Source: an uncultured virus (IMG/VR IMGVR_UViG_3300005405_000007) (taxonomy: Duplodnaviria; Heunggongvirae; Uroviricota; Caudoviricetes). Taken from it: DNA of 20,000 nt. The notes beneath the pieces are model-generated. The model did no database searches, was not told where the DNA came from, and saw only the letters and a program-made list of their open reading frames with translations. The DNA lies in IMG/VR virus record IMGVR_UViG_3300005405_000007. The stretch is one strand, 5' to 3'. Of this stretch, positions 16,740 to 20,000 are shown in pieces. The position numbers and the translations under genes were made by a program. Position 1 is the first letter of the stretch. Every line of letters starts with the position of its first letter.

Positions 16740-17237
16740 TTAATATGGATATTTAATATCTAATTGATCTGGTGTTAGAGTATTAAAATCTGACAAAATC
16801 TGAGATCCTACTGGTAAATAAAATACACGTATATTCTTGATTTTTATTTTTGTGCTTGTACTATTATTAGATCCAAGAATAAACCTAATGGTATTATCAG
16901 TAATAATACTCTTAGATGTTAATATAACTTTCTTATTACCAATAATATTCTCTAAAGTAAGTGAATTGAATGCTGACGTGCTTGAAATAGCCCATGAACC
17001 TGTAATATTTGAACTTACAGTATTATATAAAAGACCATAATTTAAATTTGGTGCAAAATTTGATACTAAATATGCAAACTCATTGGAACCATTAGTTGCA
17101 GTAATCTCAAGACCACTAATATCTGCGGTAAATTTATTAGCTGGACTTGTTATCCACTCTATCCATGTGATAGGATTGTAACTTAGTAAATTAGCTGGTT
17201 TTGATGGTGTTTTTTCTCCAATTAATCCAAAAAACAT
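16740..17237 (-). CDS. Beta-rich protein, possibly a carbohydrate-binding-module-like virion accessory protein
   Basis: 165 aa, NLL..W..W start and KIKIKNIRVF end resemble CBM jelly-rolls. RBS AGGTGA. Confidence 0.5.
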   Translation of the reverse strand: MFFGLIGEKTPSKPANLLSYNPITWIEWITSPANKFTADISGLEITATNGSNEFAYLVSNFAPNLNYGLLYNTVSSNITGSWAISSTSAFNSLTLENIIGNKKVILTSKSIITDNTIRFILGSNNSTSTKIKIKNIRVFYLPVGSQILSDFNTLTPDQLDIKYPY

Positions 17238-17248
17238 ATTATTATCAC

Positions 17249-17650
17249 CTATCTCTGACTGTAAAGTATATTTGCAACTGTAACCACGTTAGATCCACCA
17301 GCATCAATTACAAGCGTACATGTGGAACCTGATGTAATCTGTATTGCAGTTATACCAAACACAACTCCAGTACGTGTCCCAACGTTCGAACCGCTTCCTA
17401 TTACTTCTTGCCATTTTAGCGTAGATCCATCATTAAGTTTTATATTTATATCGTTTCCTGACGATGCTCCTTTGGTAACAACCTCAAAAGCATGTATATA
17501 AATACTCTTACCTGCAACACCAGTAATTGTGATAGTATTTGGCGAGTTAGCAGTCCCAACTTGTGTAACAGTTTGAGAATTTGCTAGAATTCCTACAATG
17601 GAAGTTTGGATTGGCTTTTCCAATATTTGCGTAATTCTTGGAATACTCAT
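17249..17650 (-). CDS. Beta-rich hypothetical virion accessory protein
   Basis: 133 aa, Gly/Thr/Ile/Val-rich. RBS AAGGATGGTGA. Confidence 0.55.
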   Translation of the reverse strand: MSIPRITQILEKPIQTSIVGILANSQTVTQVGTANSPNTITITGVAGKSIYIHAFEVVTKGASSGNDINIKLNDGSTLKWQEVIGSGSNVGTRTGVVFGITAIQITSGSTCTLVIDAGGSNVVTVANILYSQR

Positions 17651-17925
17651 TTATTCACCATCCTTCTCTAAATCATTTAAAGCATCAATTATTTTATTTT
17701 CTTAAGTCCATATGTTTTAATACCTTTTTCACTTGCTTCTTTTTTTAATTCTCTATAATCAATATCATTATAATCAACATTAGTATTTTCAAATTTAATA
17801 TTTTTACAATTAATTAAAATTTCTATCTCATTTTGATCTTCTGTTTCATAAATTCCATCTACAAATTTACATAATGGTTTATTAATTTTTGAATCCCATA
17901 TAATACCACGTCTATAAAATTTCAT
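17651..17925 (-). pseudogene. Small head-region protein with a C-terminal Rho-N/HeH-like motif, frameshifted near its 3' end
   Basis: ATG 17925 after GAGGTGA. YRELKKEASEKGIKTYGLKK is cut by TAA at 17689-17691. The motif continues in the -1 frame as IIDALNDLEKDGE*, ending at 17651 next to the following ATG. Confidence 0.6.
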
Positions 17926-17945
17926 GTTTTCACCTCGTATGAAGA

Positions 17946-17984
17946 TAAAAATAGAACACGTAAATTTAATCACGTGTCCTATTT
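17946..17984 (-). terminator. Intrinsic terminator after the capsid genes
   Basis: Minus strand ATAGGACACGT-GATTAAATTT-ACGTGTTCTAT then TTTT. Confidence 0.7.
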
Positions 17985-17995
17985 CTTATTAATTA

Positions 17996-18421
17996 TTAAG
18001 CTGTAAAAGTTTCAACACTAGTTTTAGCTGCTACTGTATAACCTAAAATCGTTGCTTGTGGAACAGTCAATGTATCTGTTTCTGTTGCAAGCCATGCAAC
18101 AGCATTTCCTGAAACAACTACTGTTGCCCTTCCATTAACAATTGTAAGAGTTGTTGAAGGAATAGTTGCCGTACCTGCTGTACTAGTATCAGCAATAGTT
18201 ACCCCTGAAGTAATTGCCTTACTAAACCATGTATGAACTTCACCTGCTGCTGTTTGAAGCTCTACAATAACACTTCTAGTCCATGCGGTTGTTCTTGCTG
18301 CTTTACCTGTAGTTGCAGGAGTTACAACCCAAACTAAATCACCAGACAAGGCTTTATCTCTAAGCTCAATTTCCTTTTTTAATTCAGGACTAAAACCAAT
18401 TTTATTTAAGATGTCACTCAT
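17996..18421 (-). CDS. Putative capsid decoration protein
   Basis: 141 aa, Thr/Ala/Val-rich beta protein directly after MCP and before the first terminator. Strong GAGGTGA RBS. Confidence 0.55.
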   Translation of the reverse strand: MSDILNKIGFSPELKKEIELRDKALSGDLVWVVTPATTGKAARTTAWTRSVIVELQTAAGEVHTWFSKAITSGVTIADTSTAGTATIPSTTLTIVNGRATVVVSGNAVAWLATETDTLTVPQATILGYTVAAKTSVETFTA

Positions 18422-18449
18422 ATTTTCACCTCATCTATTTTCAAATTTA

Positions 18450-19388
18450 TTACGAAGTAGCCAAAGAAGTAATAGTTCCATGCATAAAAGAAGCAGAATG
18501 TGCCAAACCAATTTGTCCGAAAATTTGTCCTTCTTCTGCTGCTCCAGTTTTCGCAAGTTCTTCATAAAAGAGATTTCCTTTACCCGGAACAGGTTGAAAA
18601 ACTGGCGCTATAACACTCATATCAGCTATGAGAATTGTACCTGCTGGCATAAATCTATCAAGTTGTAATGCAATTGTCCCAAAATCAGTTTCAATCTGCT
18701 TAATATTTAATCCTGCGATACTTCTATCCGTGGGAGCATATCCAAAAATGTTAGATACTTTTTGTTTTTGGAATCCATTACAAAACATAACCATATTTCT
18801 AAACATTGCACCATTGGTATACATTTCAAGCAATAATGCATCCATTAATTCTTTTGACAAAGTTGCACTAGAAGCATCAACCGTATTTACAGTACAAAGT
18901 TCAATCATCCCTCTGGTTTTATTTGCTACACCTGCATTAGTTGCAATTTGATATGATCCGTTTAAAAACGTGTACTCACAGTCCCTAGCAATCTTTTCTA
19001 ATGCTCTAGCAATTTGGAAATCTTTCTCAGAAGGTGCATTATTAGTTGCTCCTGCTGTATTGATACCGCTCAATCGTCCTGCATTGCTCATTTTAACATA
19101 GGAAATGGATACTTTTTCCTGAAAAATTTGTGTTACATTTTTGGATTGTGCTCTAACATAAGAAATTGCGGTCGGGGCTGTGAGACTTTGGTTTTCGGTC
19201 AAGGCCGGCTGCGAAGCAGTTTCATGACTATATTGTGAATCAGTAGGAAACTCAAAGTTATCAGTCATCAAGCCACCAGTGAGTCCTCCACACATCGATA
19301 AGAACGGGGTCGATGTGGCCTCTGCTGTAAAAAGTTCCCCACTATAATTCGGTAAATTCCAATTTGTACCTGCTGCTACATTGCTCAT
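18450..19388 (-). CDS. Major capsid protein (DUF5309/SU10-like family)
   Basis: 312 aa, NLPNYSGELF..TPFLSM..NVTQIFQEKV..KIARDCEYTFLNG..TRGMI..IETDFG..LDRFMP..EELAKTGA motifs. Follows the scaffold gene. Confidence 0.9.
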   Translation of the reverse strand: MSNVAAGTNWNLPNYSGELFTAEATSTPFLSMCGGLTGGLMTDNFEFPTDSQYSHETASQPALTENQSLTAPTAISYVRAQSKNVTQIFQEKVSISYVKMSNAGRLSGINTAGATNNAPSEKDFQIARALEKIARDCEYTFLNGSYQIATNAGVANKTRGMIELCTVNTVDASSATLSKELMDALLLEMYTNGAMFRNMVMFCNGFQKQKVSNIFGYAPTDRSIAGLNIKQIETDFGTIALQLDRFMPAGTILIADMSVIAPVFQPVPGKGNLFYEELAKTGAAEEGQIFGQIGLAHSASFMHGTITSLATS

Positions 19389-19418
19389 ATTTTATCAATC
19401 TCCATTCTAAATTTTTAA

Positions 19419-19892
19419 TTATTTTTTATTTTGTAATGCTACAATTTTATTCTTAATTGAAATTGCCATTGGCATATTGCCATTTTTTAATGCCAATTGT
19501 CTTTCAGTTTCTAAAGCATCGATTTCAGAACTTCCACTACCTCCACCACTTGATGGAGTTTTACCTTTGAGCTTTTCCTCAACCATTTTATTAACAGTTG
19601 ATGCAAATACAGCTTCAAGTTTTGCAATATTGGCGTTTGTAATCTCTTCACTATCTCCAACCATAAAATCAATAAGTTCAAGTGGAAGTGATTTTTCTCC
19701 AGCTATCTTTAATGCAGAGTTTGTTAATTCCTTGCGCTCACTGTCTTTTTGCATCTGAGCAAAGGCTTGTTTAAGTTCAGCTATTTCTTTATCTTTCGGA
19801 TTTTGTGCTGGATAAAGTTCAGCTATTTTCTTGTCAATTTCCTTTTGTAGATTATTTTGTTGCCATGTACTAAGGTGCTTTGTTGCGTGTTG
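19419..19892 (-). pseudogene. Capsid scaffolding protein (DUF4355-like), 5' part displaced by an IS
   Basis: LSTWQQNNL..KSLPLELIDFMVGDSEEIT..VEEKLKGKTP motifs. No properly spaced RBS or native start. Sequence character changes at 19893. Confidence 0.75.
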
Positions 19893-20000
19893 TATACCGC
19901 CCCCCATTGTCAAGACACGATTTTCGAAATTTAAGTTATCTCCTTTCCAAATGACTTTATCAAGTTTGCTTAAAGGGTCGTTTTTTGAGCAGAATTCCGG
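19893..20000. mobile_element. End of a probable IS3-family insertion sequence (terminal inverted repeat about 19891/19893-19918)
   Basis: TATACCGCCCCCCATTGTCAAGACAC resembles IS3-family ends (T[GA]..C.GCCCC..AGAC). It carries an outward-facing TTGACA at 19913-19908. The transposase and the other IR are not visible. Confidence 0.65.

Larger units (their letters stand above)
1..19892 (-). mobile_element. Siphovirus-type (pro)phage head and tail morphogenesis module, probably defective
   Basis: Co-oriented minus-strand genes in the canonical order scaffold, MCP, connector, closure, gp10, terminator, MTP, TAC, TMP, Dit, Tal, tail appendages. No sheath gene. Firmicute-type GGAGG/GAGGTG ribosome binding sites. 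Confidence 0.95.

Noticed and set aside
2747..17973. Octamer TTAATCAC/GTGATTAA near three terminators (2747, 13368, 17966) as an antitermination signal
   Set aside because: Orientation and position are inconsistent, and a few copies are expected by chance in AT-rich DNA.
14550..18455. Programmed frameshift extensions at the ends of the major capsid or major tail genes
   Set aside because: No slippery or CCC-UAA-type site at either end. MCP ends in a double TAA and the next gene has its own strong RBS.
19140..19340. Locally high GC at the 5' end of the capsid gene (33/60 at 19261-19320)
   Set aside because: The stretch is short and partly explained by Gly/Ala/Pro/Thr content. There is no independent evidence of a recombination boundary.
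219..19758. All plus-strand ORFs in the track and the nested minus ORF 6007-6213
   Set aside because: They are antisense or out-of-frame shadows of well-supported minus-strand genes, with no recognisable motifs.
19893..19913. ORF-track start MTMGGGI for the scaffold protein
   Set aside because: These codons derive from the IS-like inverted repeat and have no properly spaced RBS.
1..20000. Diversity-generating retroelement, invertible tail-fibre shufflon, CRISPR array, tRNA or rRNA
   Set aside because: No reverse transcriptase, recombinase, near-identical nucleotide repeats, spacer-repeat pattern or RNA gene was seen by eye. A partner outside the window cannot be excluded.

Overview
This window is the virion-assembly (late) module of a low-GC Firmicute, probably clostridial, siphophage or prophage. 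All credible genes are on the minus strand. In transcription order (right to left): scaffold, major capsid, a cluster of small head-associated ORFs, head-tail connector, head closure, HK97 gp10-like, tail terminator, major tail protein, tail assembly chaperone with a -1 frameshift signal, a lipoprotein moron, tape measure, Dit, a ~1820-aa mosaic Tal/adhesin, a small ORF, a secreted PPC-like moron with its own promoter and terminator, a 398-aa tail-associated protein, a free-standing GIY-YIG endonuclease, and a >=642-codon SGNH-hydrolase tail protein. That last ORF runs off the left edge and is missing from the ORF track. There are signs of decay: an IS3-like end interrupts the scaffold gene at about 19893, a small head-region gene is frameshifted, and the Tal gene has ATT where the coupled ATG is expected. 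The most unusual observation is a tail-fibre beta-motif apparently split between the C-terminus of one protein and the N-terminus of the next, with the endonuclease gene lying at the split. All family assignments come from motif recognition and gene order, not from database searches.
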